Source: an uncultured Actinomycetes bacterium (GTDB taxonomy: Bacteria; Actinomycetota; Acidimicrobiia; IMCC26256; PALSA-610). From it: a DNA stretch of 64,000 bases. The notes under the pieces are model-generated. The model was given only the letters and a program-made list of their open reading frames with translations, ran no database searches and had not been told where the DNA came from. The DNA is taken from contig CAWAGX010000020.1 in assembly GCA_963781425.1 (NCBI GenBank), positions 376,408 through 440,407 on the forward strand, in the 5' to 3' direction. Position numbers and translations under genes: made by a program. Of this stretch, positions 10,061 through 19,901 are shown one piece after another (positions within the stretch are counted from its first letter, which is position 1; each line of letters begins with the position of its first letter).

Positions 10061-11542
10061 AGGCGTAGGTCGCGATCGTCGCGGGCGGGACCATGACGAG
10101 CCAGCTCCCCGCGTCGGTGCGTGCGGGGGCGCGCCTTGCTTCAGGTCGTCGCTTGCGTTCGTGAACGTCGCGGTGGGTTGGGTTCGGCGCGCGCGTGCCG
10201 TTCGGGAGCGCGATGCCGAGCGTCTGCTCGCGCTCGCCTTCGTTCCACGCGACGACCGTCCACTGTTCGCCGTCGGCGAACGCGAGCACGCGCACGCCCT
10301 TGGGTGCGCCGGTCACCGCGTGACGAACCGCGCCCGGTCGCACGTAGCGACTGAACTGGCCGAGCACCGAGAAGCGCTTCGTTGGGAAGATCTGGGTGAC
10401 ACCGCTCGTCGCGTGGTGCTCGTCGTAATAGAGGAGACCGTCGTTGAAGCCCTTCGTGTTCTTGCGCGTCGGGCATTGCGGGTCGGCCTTCGGGTCGCAG
10501 CCGAGGACGGGTGAGAGCGCGGTCCACCAGTACCAGGCACTGTCGCCGGCGATCGTGAGGTCGTTGTAGATCTGGTCGGCGAGCCAGAAGCCCTGGGTCA
10601 TCGTCGGGTCGTACTGCGCGCCGAAGCTCGTCGCGACACCACCCGAGCCCTTGTAGCAGCAGATCTCGGTCATCCACGTCGGCTTGTCGAAGCGCGTGGC
10701 GATCGGCGGCACGAGCTTCCGCAACGTGGCGTTCGGGAAGTCGTACGTGTGGTGCGCGATCGCAGCGACGTGCTCCTTGGTGCCGGGAACGCTGAGCCAT
10801 TGCGGCGCTTCGGTGGAGAGGATCGCGTCGGCCGTGGTCTCGTCGGCGATGACCTTGGTGGCGGGCACCTGTGCAGCGAGGGCCTTGCCGAGTGCTTGGA
10901 CGACGGTGGCGCGTTGCGTCGACCGGGACGGACATGCCTTCTTGCCCGCAGTCGCCGAAGTTGTTGTCGGGCTCGTTCATCGGGCTGACGTATTGCAGCG
11001 TGATGTGCTCGTCGTCGTGGAGGTGCTTGACGACATCGACGAGATACTGCGCGTACTCGGCTTCCATGCCGGGCTTCAACGAACCACCGCACGCCTTGCC
11101 CGAGGTGGTGAATCGAGGCGGCGCGCTGTTGACGAAGCCGGTGAGGATCGGTACGTGCGCGTCGCTCGCGGCGCGGAGGAAGTAGAGGCCGGCGTTGTCG
11201 TCGGTGACTTCCTTCGGCGCACGCGCCGGCGTCTTCACTCCCGCTGCCGCCACCGCCGATGTTGTAGCGGTATCCCGAGAGGCTGAGGCCGTCGGGCCCG
11301 AAGAGCTTGTCGGCAACGAGCTTCTGCGTCTCCGGCGGGAACTTCGCCAGATCGTTCGGCCACCACGCCCCGGAGGCACCGAAGCCGTCGATGCGCTGCG
11401 CGGCGGTGGCGCTGACGCGTGCAACGGTGAGGCCCGCCGGCGTCGCAACAGTCGTCGAGGTCGGCGGCGTCACGGCCTTCTTCGACGACGAACAGGCGGC
11501 TACAGAAGCGACGACGAGCAGCAATGCGAGGGCACGACGCAC
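10053..11542 (-). pseudogene. glycoside hydrolase family 30-like lipoprotein (glucosylceramidase/xylanase-type), about four frameshifts
   Basis: GTG 11542 with signal and lipobox (ALALLLVVASVAAC-SSS), then IDGFGASGAWW ... YRYNIGGGG. The protein continues in ORF 10141..11448 (FVNSAPPRFTTSG ... YVSPMNEPDN) and ORF 10053..10868 (HHTYDF ... PTWMTEICCY ... AWYWWTAL ... ATIATYAFR). Frames switch near 11245, 10910, 10185 and 10120. Confidence 0.8.
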
Positions 11543-11584
11543 GCCGGCGATCGTAGGCCGTGGAGATCGGTGCTTGCGCCTTTA

Positions 11585-12728
11585 CTGCGACCTTCCGCGC
11601 CGCGTGTGCCACCTCGTACGGCCTCGCCACGCCCATGCTGCCCGCCTGGCTTCCTGGGCGTGGGCGATGCCCTGTTGACGAACGCTTTCGGCCGCGGCCG
11701 ACTGCGACCGCGAGCTTCGCTTGCTCGGCGTCCTTTTGCGCGGCCTCGGCGATCGCACGCGCGTCCTCGGCCAGCGCGCTGTTGCCTGCGCCAGGTCGCG
11801 GCGCTCGCCTCGGCTTGGGTCGCCGTCTTCGTTGCCGCGTCCGCCTTGTCCTTGGCATCGATCGCAGCCGCAGCCGCCTTCTTACGCAGGATTTCGGCTC
11901 GCGCCTTGGCATGGCGTGCCTTCGTCGCTTCCGTCCGCGCCGCGGCCATTGCGTTCTGGGCATCGTCGAGCTTCGACTTCTGGCTCGCGAGCTCGACATT
12001 GACGTTCTGCAGCTCACGTTGTGCGCGCGTCGAGCTCGCCCTGCGTCTGCACATGGACCTTTGCCTCGGCCTCCCGCCGCGCTTCGTCCGCTTTGTTGAC
12101 TGAAAAGACCGCGCCCACGACCGCCGCGATGCCCAGCAGGAAGACCACGATTGCCGCGCCCCACGCGATACCCAGCGCGCGGCGGTGCTGGCGCTTGTCT
12201 TCGCCGACGAGCTCTTCCGGCGCGAGGCTGTGAAGGGTCGCGGCGAGCGCGGCGATGCCTTCGCGGAACCTCGGCACCGAGACGAGCTCTTCGTTCGCGA
12301 CCCCGCGCATGTCGACGTACGACGGCTCTTCTGCGAATGCGTGCGTGAGCACCGGGTGCGCCGCGGACGACCGAGCGGGATCGAATCCACCGAGCGCGTC
12401 CGACCATTCGAGCTCGCCCGCAACGAGCACGGGAAGGATCCGGCCCTTCGGTTTCGTCGCGACCCATTGATCGATCTCTCGACCGACCCACGGCGACGCG
12501 GCCGCATATGGTGAGCACAGCACGATCAGGTACTGCGAGGCCGGCCATCGCGTCGACGATCGACGACCACCGCCGAGGGTTCGCCGCAAGCCCGGTCGAG
12601 TCTCGGAATATCGACACTGCGCGCCGGCGGTACCAAGGCTTTGCGAACTTCTGAAGCCCGGTTTGGATCGCCTCGGCAGCCCGATTGTCCGCGTCGGGAC
12701 TGTACGAAATGAACGCGTCGTAAGCCAT
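11585..12728 (-). pseudogene. TIR domain protein with one TM helix and a long coiled-coil tail, at least three frameshifts; 3' end uncertain
   Basis: ATG 12728: MAYDAFISYSPDADNRAAEAIQTGLQKFAKPWYRRRAVSIFRD (ORF 11235..12755). Then SQYLIVLCSPYAAASPWVGREIDQWV ... RILPVLVAGELEW and TM ALGIAWGAAIVVFLLGIAAVVGAVF (ORF 12014..12589). Then an Ala/Lys/Glu-rich heptad-like segment QRELQNVNVELASQKSKLDDAQNAMAAARTEATKARH (ORF 11500..12507). Frames switch near 12540, 12025 and 11790. Confidence 0.7.
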
Positions 12729-12936
12729 CGTTTCTCCCCACATCGGGCTCACCAAGGCGCCTCACCAGCGCTGCCCAGCCCGTCGATGAGGCGCGGGATT
12801 ATCACCGCAACCACGCGTGTGTAAAGCACGACGAGCGGAGGAGACGGTGCGTCGACCGTTCTGCGGCGTAGGTACACACTCGGCCCGGGAACGAGTGCGT
12901 GCAAACTCGGCGCGCATGGACCGTTAGCCTCAGATC

Positions 12937-13414
12937 GTGGACGACACGCTCCTTCGGCCGATGACCGACGACGAGTTCGCGCCATGGCGCGAGCACTCGC
13001 TGCACGACTACGCCCACGAGCGAGCCGCAGCCCACGGGCGCTCGTACGAGGACGTGTTGCCCGAGGCCGAGCGTCAGGTTGCGACGATCCTTCCCGACGG
13101 TCGCACGACCAAGGGTCATCACTTCTTCCGCGTCCTCGAGGACGGCCGGCCCGTCGGCTGGCTCTGGCTCGGTCCCCACCCCGACAAGCAAGGCGCGGCG
13201 TGGGTTTACGACATCGAGATCGAGGAGGACGCGCGCGGCCGCGGCATCGGCCGTCGAGCAATGCTCGCGGCGGAGGAAATTGGTCGCGGCGGAAGGCGCG
13301 AGCGAGCTCGGCCTCAATGTCTTCGGGCCCAACCTCCGTGCGATCGCCCTCTACCAATCCCTCGGCTACGCCACGGTCGCGATGCAGATGAGCAAGCGTC
13401 TCGCACGGGACTGA
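12937..13414 (+). pseudogene. GNAT family N-acetyltransferase, one frameshift
   Basis: GTG 12937: FFRVLEDGRPVGWLWLGPH ... WVYDIEIEEDARGRGIGRRAMLAAEE (the Q/RxxGxG/A acetyl-CoA motif). The C-terminus GASELGLNVFGPNLRAIALYQSLGYATV continues in ORF 13079..13414. The frame switch is near 13280. Confidence 0.75.
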
Positions 13415-13513
13415 AACCGCCCGGACGCGTACGCCGGCGAAACGGGGTTACGGCGGGCGCAATCGGGAAAACATGAACGCTTGGGGCGCCCGTGCCGGCC
13501 CAGGGGGTTTCGC

Positions 13514-15739
13514 GTGTCGACGGAGCTATCGCGCAGGTCCGGCAACGACGTCGACAGCACTCCGCCGGATGACGGCACCGCGGGAGGCGGCCCGATCCTC
13601 AGCCGCCGGCGGCTGCTGACCCTCATGGTCGCGGCGCCGACGCTCACCATGGTCGTGACCTCGGTCGACGGCTGGCTCGAGCCCCGCCGCGGCGACGCGT
13701 CGCCCGCGTTCGCCGACGCGTTCGACCTCACCGACGCGCTCACCCTCGCCGCGTTGCCCACCGCGTACCTGCTCAAGATCGAGATCACCGCCGCGAATCG
13801 CGTCATCGTGCACGTCCCGCGTGCCGAGGTCGGTCAAGGGATCACGACCGCCATGGGGATCATCGCCGCCGAAGAGCTCGACGCGCGCCTCGACACCGTC
13901 GACGTCGTGCTCGACGACGCCCGCCCCGAGCTGTTGTGGAACCAGCTGACCGGCGGATCGAATTCGGTGCACGCGCTCTACACGCCGATGCGCACGGTGG
14001 CGGCGGCGGCTCGCGCCCGGCTGGTCACCGCGGCTGCGCAGCGCTTCGGTGTGAGTGCGTCGTCGCTGACCACGCACGACTCGATCGTGCGCGCACCCGA
14101 CGGACGCACCGCGACGTTCGGGTCGTTGTCGACCGACGCCGCGCACGTCACGACGCCCGCGATCCCGGGCACGCCGAAGCCGCCCGCGCAGTTCACGCGC
14201 ATCGGGAAGCCGACGACGCGGCTCGACGCGCGCGACATCGTGACCGGCAAGGCGCAGTACGCCCTCGACCTCCGCGTCCCGGGCGCCCCGACCGTCGTCG
14301 CGCGCCCGCCCACGATCGGCGGGACCGTACGCACCGTCGACACGTCCGTCGCCCGTTTCATGCCGGGTGTCATCGGCATCGCACGGATCCCGAGCGGCGT
14401 CGCGGTCGCGGCCAAGACGTTCCAGCAGGCCCAGGCCGCACGGGACGCGTTGCGGATCACGTGGAACGGTGGCCCGAACGCCAACCTGTCCGACGCGGAC
14501 ATCCGGGCCCGGCTCCGAGCGGCCGCACTGCCGTTCGCCGCGCCGCCGCTGGGGAAGTTGACGATCGATCGCACCTTCGACTTCCCGTTCGCACCACACG
14601 CGCCGCTCGAAGTGCACACGTGCGTCGCCGACGTGCGCGCCGACCGGGCCGAGATCTGGTACGGCGCGAAGAGCCCGATCGTCGCGAGCCAGCAGGTGGC
14701 CGAGGCCGTCGGCCTGCCTGCCGATCGGGTCACGCTGCACGTCGTGCGCGCCGGCGGCTCCTTCGGCCACCGTCTCTTCTTCGAGCCCACGATCGAAGCG
14801 GCCCAGATCTCGAAGGCGCTGCACCGCCCGATCAAGTTGATGTGGACGCGGAACGACGACATGCGCCACGGACGGATGCGGCCGGCCAGCCACCACAAGG
14901 TGCGGGCGACCGCGTTGCTCGGGAACGTGCTCAGCTACGAGCACCGGCAGGCGACGCTGCCCGTCGACTTCTCGCACGGGCTGGGCGAAGCGCTCACCGC
15001 CGCGGGGTTCGACATAACGAGCGCGGGCGTGACACAAAGCGTCTTCCACCTGACGCAGAAGGTGCCGTACGACTTCGGCGCCGCGACGTTGTTGCTGAGC
15101 GACGTCCCACTCGCGTTCCCGACCGGATCGTGGCGGTCGATCTACTCGGGCCAGACCGCGACCGTCGACGAGATCATGGTCGACGAGATCGCGCGGGCGC
15201 TGCACGTCGACCCGCTCGTGTTCCGGCGCCAACGCGTTTCCTCGGCGCGCATCCGCGCGGTCCTCGACAAGGTGTCGAGCATGGGCCGCTGGGGCCGCGC
15301 GATGCCGGCGGGCACCGCACAGGGCGTGGCGATCCACGAGGAGTACAAGTCGGTCGTCGCGTTCCTCGTCGAGATCGACTGCCGCAATCGCGCCAACCCG
15401 CGCGTCACGACGGGTTTCTGCGCGGTCGACGTCGGGCGCGCGATCAACCCGAAGGGCCTCGCGGCGCAGATGCAAGGGGTGCTGATCGACGGACTGTCGA
15501 TGACGTTGCGGGCCGGCTTGCATATCGACCACGGCGCGGTTCGCGAGGGCAGCTACTCCGACTACCACTTCGCGCGGATGGCCAACAGCCCGCCCCAGGT
15601 CGACGTGTTCGTGATGCCGCCCACCGGCGAGCCCGGCGGTGCCGGCGAGCTCGGCTTCCCCGCCGCCGCGGCCGCGGTGGCGAACGCATACGTACGAGCG
15701 ACGGGTACCAGGGTCAGCAGCTTCCCGATCGCCGGCTGA
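13514..15739 (+). CDS. aldehyde oxidase/isoquinoline 1-oxidoreductase beta-subunit-like molybdopterin enzyme (IorB-like), Tat-exported
   Basis: Intact ORF 13481..15739. GTG 13514 follows AGGGGG by 6 nt. It has a twin-arginine signal ([13 protein letters not shown]) and typical blocks ([40 protein letters not shown]). Confidence 0.88.
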   Translation: MSTELSRRSGNDVDSTPPDDGTAGGGPILSRRRLLTLMVAAPTLTMVVTSVDGWLEPRRGDASPAFADAFDLTDALTLAALPTAYLLKIEITAANRVIVHVPRAEVGQGITTAMGIIAAEELDARLDTVDVVLDDARPELLWNQLTGGSNSVHALYTPMRTVAAAARARLVTAAAQRFGVSASSLTTHDSIVRAPDGRTATFGSLSTDAAHVTTPAIPGTPKPPAQFTRIGKPTTRLDARDIVTGKAQYALDLRVPGAPTVVARPPTIGGTVRTVDTSVARFMPGVIGIARIPSGVAVAAKTFQQAQAARDALRITWNGGPNANLSDADIRARLRAAALPFAAPPLGKLTIDRTFDFPFAPHAPLEVHTCVADVRADRAEIWYGAKSPIVASQQVAEAVGLPADRVTLHVVRAGGSFGHRLFFEPTIEAAQISKALHRPIKLMWTRNDDMRHGRMRPASHHKVRATALLGNVLSYEHRQATLPVDFSHGLGEALTAAGFDITSAGVTQSVFHLTQKVPYDFGAATLLLSDVPLAFPTGSWRSIYSGQTATVDEIMVDEIARALHVDPLVFRRQRVSSARIRAVLDKVSSMGRWGRAMPAGTAQGVAIHEEYKSVVAFLVEIDCRNRANPRVTTGFCAVDVGRAINPKGLAAQMQGVLIDGLSMTLRAGLHIDHGAVREGSYSDYHFARMANSPPQVDVFVMPPTGEPGGAGELGFPAAAAAVANAYVRATGTRVSSFPIAG

Positions 15740-15747
15740 GGAGCACG

Positions 15748-16203
15748 ATGCCGAACTTCACGTTCACCATCAACGGCAAGTCCACAACGGTGGCCGCCGC
15801 CGCGAACGAGCCGCTGCTGTGGGTGCTGCGCGACCTCCTCGGCATCACCGGCCCGAAGTACGGCTGCGGCGTCGGCGTGTGCAAGGCATGCACGAGCCAC
15901 CTCGACGGCGCGGCGTTCAATCCGTGCATCACACCGGTCAGTGAATGTGCGGGACGCCGCGTCACGACGATCGAAGGCCTCGCCAACGGCAACACGCTGC
16001 ACCCCGTCCAGCAGGCGTGGATCGACGAAGATGTCGCGCAATGCGGCTTCTGCCAACCCGGCCAGATCATGGCCGCCGCCGCGCTCCTCGCGAGCAAGCC
16101 GAACCCAACCGACGCCGACATCGACGCGCTAGAGAACGTCTGCCGCTGCGGCACCTACGTGAGAATCCGCCAAGCAATCCACCGCGCGGCGGGCCAGAGC
16201 TGA
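15748..16203 (+). CDS. (2Fe-2S)-binding small subunit (IorA/CoxS-like)
   Basis: ATG 15748 follows GAGGAG. Both cluster motifs are present: [13 protein letters not shown], and [16 protein letters not shown] ... CRCGTY. 151 aa, intact. Confidence 0.9.
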   Translation: MPNFTFTINGKSTTVAAAANEPLLWVLRDLLGITGPKYGCGVGVCKACTSHLDGAAFNPCITPVSECAGRRVTTIEGLANGNTLHPVQQAWIDEDVAQCGFCQPGQIMAAAALLASKPNPTDADIDALENVCRCGTYVRIRQAIHRAAGQS

Positions 16204-16404
16204 CCCCACGGTCCGTGGAGGAAATGTCTGAAACCAGACACTCGCGAGACATGGGTCAACATGTCAGCGACACCCGGCGGACATGAGTCATCGATGGGAC
16301 AAGGCAAGTGTCTCGTCGAAGCGCATCGGCGAACGCGCCGCCGGGTCGCAGAGTTGGTCACACGTCGCGTGCACTCCAGGCGGACCTAGTGAGGGTCCAT
16401 CCAA

Positions 16405-19400
16405 TTAGGCAACCGCCGCCGCGAACTCCGCGAAGAGATCACCGGGCAGTCGTTGATGGAGCCGCCATGTGATTGCGATAGGCCGCTCGCCTTGATGCGA
16501 CACGTAGGTTGCTGAACCGAGGCACCAGAATGCTCGGTTCGCTGTGCTGAGTCGAGCGAACAATACCGCGTTTGTTCCTTGCACGGCTTGGCTGATGTAA
16601 CGGCGGCCGGTGTCACTGTCGAGCGAGGTCGCGGACTGGCTTTCCCAGTGAATCAGTTCCGGGTTGATCGCGTAGTCGCGGTATCGGGTGGTTGGAGAGA
16701 ACGAACCCGCCGACTTGTCGAGCGTGAAGGCAAAAAGATCGCTCCCGCTGTTCTCGTCCCACCAGACGCCTGACTGCCAGGTGCTCGGCTTGACGCCAGC
16801 GCCAACCTCGAACGCGGCGAGGACCTCGGTCCTCGTGTATCGAGCGTGGACGGCGAGTGGAACGTCAACGAGGCCCAGCGGCACGTGTAGGTGGTCGACA
16901 CGCTCCGGGAGGATGTCGAGAAGCTCGAGCAGCTCGCGCCGCACCTGTGGATGTTCCCAGAGTTCCACGAGGCCGTCGGCCAACGAGGAAGACGTTTTCA
17001 GGGTCGTGAGCGAGCTGATCAACATACGCGCGAAACGCCGCTGGAGATCGCTGAACGTGCTCGGATCTGGTGCGTTGCCACGTTCAACGAGTGACCTGTA
17101 AGCGTCGAGCCTCTCGCGATCGTCGACGTGGAGCAGTCGCCCAACCGCACGGAGGAGCGCTTCTTCCTGCGGACCCGCGCGGTCGGTTGGCAAGGCAACC
17201 GCTCGACGGAGTTCGCTCCAACTGTGGTTGCTCGCGTAGACGTCCTCAAGCTCGAGACCAGTCTCCTCGAGATACGTGGCGAGCGAGACATCACCGAGCG
17301 ACCGCAGTTCTTCGCGCCTCGCTTTCCAGTCAGATGGAACGGCTTCACGAATGCTTCGCAACACGATCTCCCGCGCGACAGGGTCGAGTTCCATATGGCA
17401 TCCAGCCGGCAAGAACGGAAAGTCGCTCTGGACCTGGCGCTCGACGTCACGTCGGCTGCCTCCGAGCAGGGCGCGAAGTCGTCGATCAAATCGGAACTCG
17501 CGGCGATGATTACCAACGAAGTCGAGCACAGTGCAGAGCCCTTTCCCGCGTGCGCGCCTCAAGCCGCGACCAAGTTGCTGCAGGAAGAGGGTCGGGCTCT
17601 CGGTCGGGCGAAGCAGCAGGAGGGTGTCGACATTGGGAACGTCGACACCCTCGTTGAACAGGTCCACGGTGAAGACGATCTTGACTCGTCCAGCTTCAAG
17701 ATCGCGCAACGCTCCCGTTCGCTCGTCCACAAGGCTGTTGCCCCATACCGCGACGGCTGGTATCCCAACTGCGCGGAACTGCGCCGCCATGAAGCGAGCG
17801 TGCGTGACCGAAACGCAGAAGCCGAGAGCCTTGATCGCGTACGGATCACCCGTCTTGAGACGCAGCTGCTCGATGACTCTCCTCGCCCATGCGTGATCCG
17901 CGGTCAAGACGTTGGTCAACGCAGTCACGTCGTAGCCGGTACCCCGTTTCCAAGGCACACCAGTGAGATCGGTTCCGTCGTGCACCCCGAAGTACGAGAA
18001 AGGGACGAGGTACTGCTGGTCGATTGCGTCCCATACCCGGAGTTCCGCGGCGATCCGCCCGTCGAAGTAGTGGAGGATGTCAAGATCGTCTGACCGCTCG
18101 GGAGTGGCTGTCATTCCGAGCAGCTCGCGCGGGACCACCTTCTCCAGGAGTGCCCGATACGACGGCGCAGCCGCGTGGTGGAACTCGTCGATGATGACGA
18201 CGTCGAAATACGCGGGATCGATCGATGCGCCGGAACGGCTGATGCTCTGGATCGACGCGAATACGTGCTCGAATCGTGAAGGTCTCTTCCCGCCGACCCA
18301 GAACTCTCCGAAACTCGCGTCGCGCATGGCGTGCGCGAAGGTCACGCGACTCTGTTCGAGGATTTCCTCGCGGTGTGCAACGAAGAGCAGCCTGTCCCGC
18401 GGCAGTCGCTCGCGAAGACGTGAGTAGTCGACCGCCGCCATGACCGTCTTACCGGTGCCAGTCGCAGCGACGAGAAGGTTCCGGTGTCGCCCCATGGTGC
18501 GCGCCAGCTCTACCTGCTCGAGCAGGCGTTCCTGGAACGGGTGCAGCACGATCTCGACCGGACTCAAGAGAAGTGACTGGTCCGTTTCGGCAATGGCCGT
18601 CCGTTCGCGGAACTCTTCGCGATCGAACACAACGAAGTCACCGCTCGCCCAGTACGACTCGAAGACGGCAGTCGTCTTCGCCACGACATCTGGATTCCTC
18701 ACGCCAGACACACGGACGTTCCACTCGAGGCCGCTGACCATTGCCGAGTGAGTCAGGTTGGACGATCCGATATAGGCCGTTGAGTAGCCGCTCCTGCGAT
18801 GAAAAAGCCAGGCCTTTGCATGCAGCCGCGTCGACGCCGTGTCGTATGAGACCTTGATCTCGGCTCCGAGCGACGCCAACTCCTCGAGTGCGCGCAACTC
18901 CGTGCTGTTCGTATATGTCGTCGTGACGACCCGCAATGACTTCCTGTCTCGACAATGACGACGCAGCGCATCAAGCAAGGGACGGATACCACTCCACCGA
19001 ACGAACGCCATGAGGACGTCGATCGAATCAGAGGAGTGAATCTCCGCACGAAGCTCATGACCCACCGCCGGCTCGCCGCGAGAATTCGTCAATAGCGTCG
19101 TGTCGAGCAGAGGCGTCAACGGCTCTTCGAGCACCTCCGTTGATCCGTCGGGCATGCGACGCAGGATCGCGGACAGCACGCGCGGGATCGAGAGGAACGT
19201 CGACCTCGCGGTCGATCGCCTGGCTCATCTGTGACAGCAGATCAATGAGCCTCTCGACAATGTTCGCACCGGCTTGGGCACGACCTTGCTCAGGAAGCGC
19301 CTCGATCGCACGAGTCACGACAGCTGCAATGTGCCGTGACAACCGGTCGGCTGCCTCGGCGTCGGCGAGCGTTCGTAGCTCAGGTGTGACTGCTGCAACG

Positions 19401-19498
19401 ACGATTTCGGCGAGCCGCTTGTCGAGCGCGCCGGTGACGAGTGCCTCGTAGAGTCCCGGCTCGAGTTCATGCCCTGTCACGACGGGAGTCTGGCCCAT
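16405..19498 (-). pseudogene. PLD(HKD) nuclease - SF2 (DExH) helicase - DUF3427 fusion protein; N-terminal 105 codons joined only through a frameshift near 19180
   Basis: ORF 16405..19179 has a single HKD motif (HAKAWLF ... YIGSSNLT) and helicase motifs VAATGTGKT, IIDEFHH, MTATPER and QQLGRGLRR. The C-terminal ~300 aa (VHARYTRTEVLAAFE ... TRYRDYAINPELIHWESQS ... VLFARL) match what I know as DUF3427. ORF 19055..19702 from ATG 19498 (MGQTPVVTGHELEPGLYEALVTGALDKRL) runs straight into it in another frame. It could alternatively be a separate small upstream ORF. Confidence 0.85.
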
Positions 19499-19901
19499 AC
19501 CGCCTCGGAACGACGGAACCCTCTGCAAGTGACACGGCCGATTTTCCGACGCCAGAAAGACCGCTCTACGGCGAGCAGCACGCGCGCCATGGCTCGCGGA
19601 ACCGCCCGTTTCACCAACGGCATCCGAAGAGCCGCATGCGCTGTCGAATCGTGGCCCCGCGCAGCGAAGATCGCCGGCGTTCCGCTCAGCACCAACTCCC
19701 ACTCACATTAGGATCGGGCCGCACGCTGACGAGACGACGCGATAAGCGGTCAAGGCGCTTTGCCACGCTCCACGGCCGAACTACGCCGCGCGGTACCTCG
19801 AGAGCCCGCTTCCGCAGGTCAGGATGGGTGGGCACCAAATTGGCTGCATGTCGGTTTTGGCCGCTTGATACCGAGTAGGTGCCGAACGGGGGCACGACAC
19901 G

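Noticed and set aside
11235-12755. Single 506-codon protein as given in the ORF track
   Set aside because: Only the first ~70 codons (TIR N-terminus) and a short Ala/Glu-rich stretch look real. The remainder is Arg-rich and overlaps the GH30 gene, so the true TIR gene has to be stitched from three frames.
13526-15568. 680-codon minus-strand ORF antisense to the IorB-like gene
   Set aside because: Its composition is dominated by Arg, Gly, Asp and Pro with no motifs. It mirrors a well-supported plus-strand gene with clear family blocks. This is the typical stop-codon-poor antisense frame of high-GC DNA.
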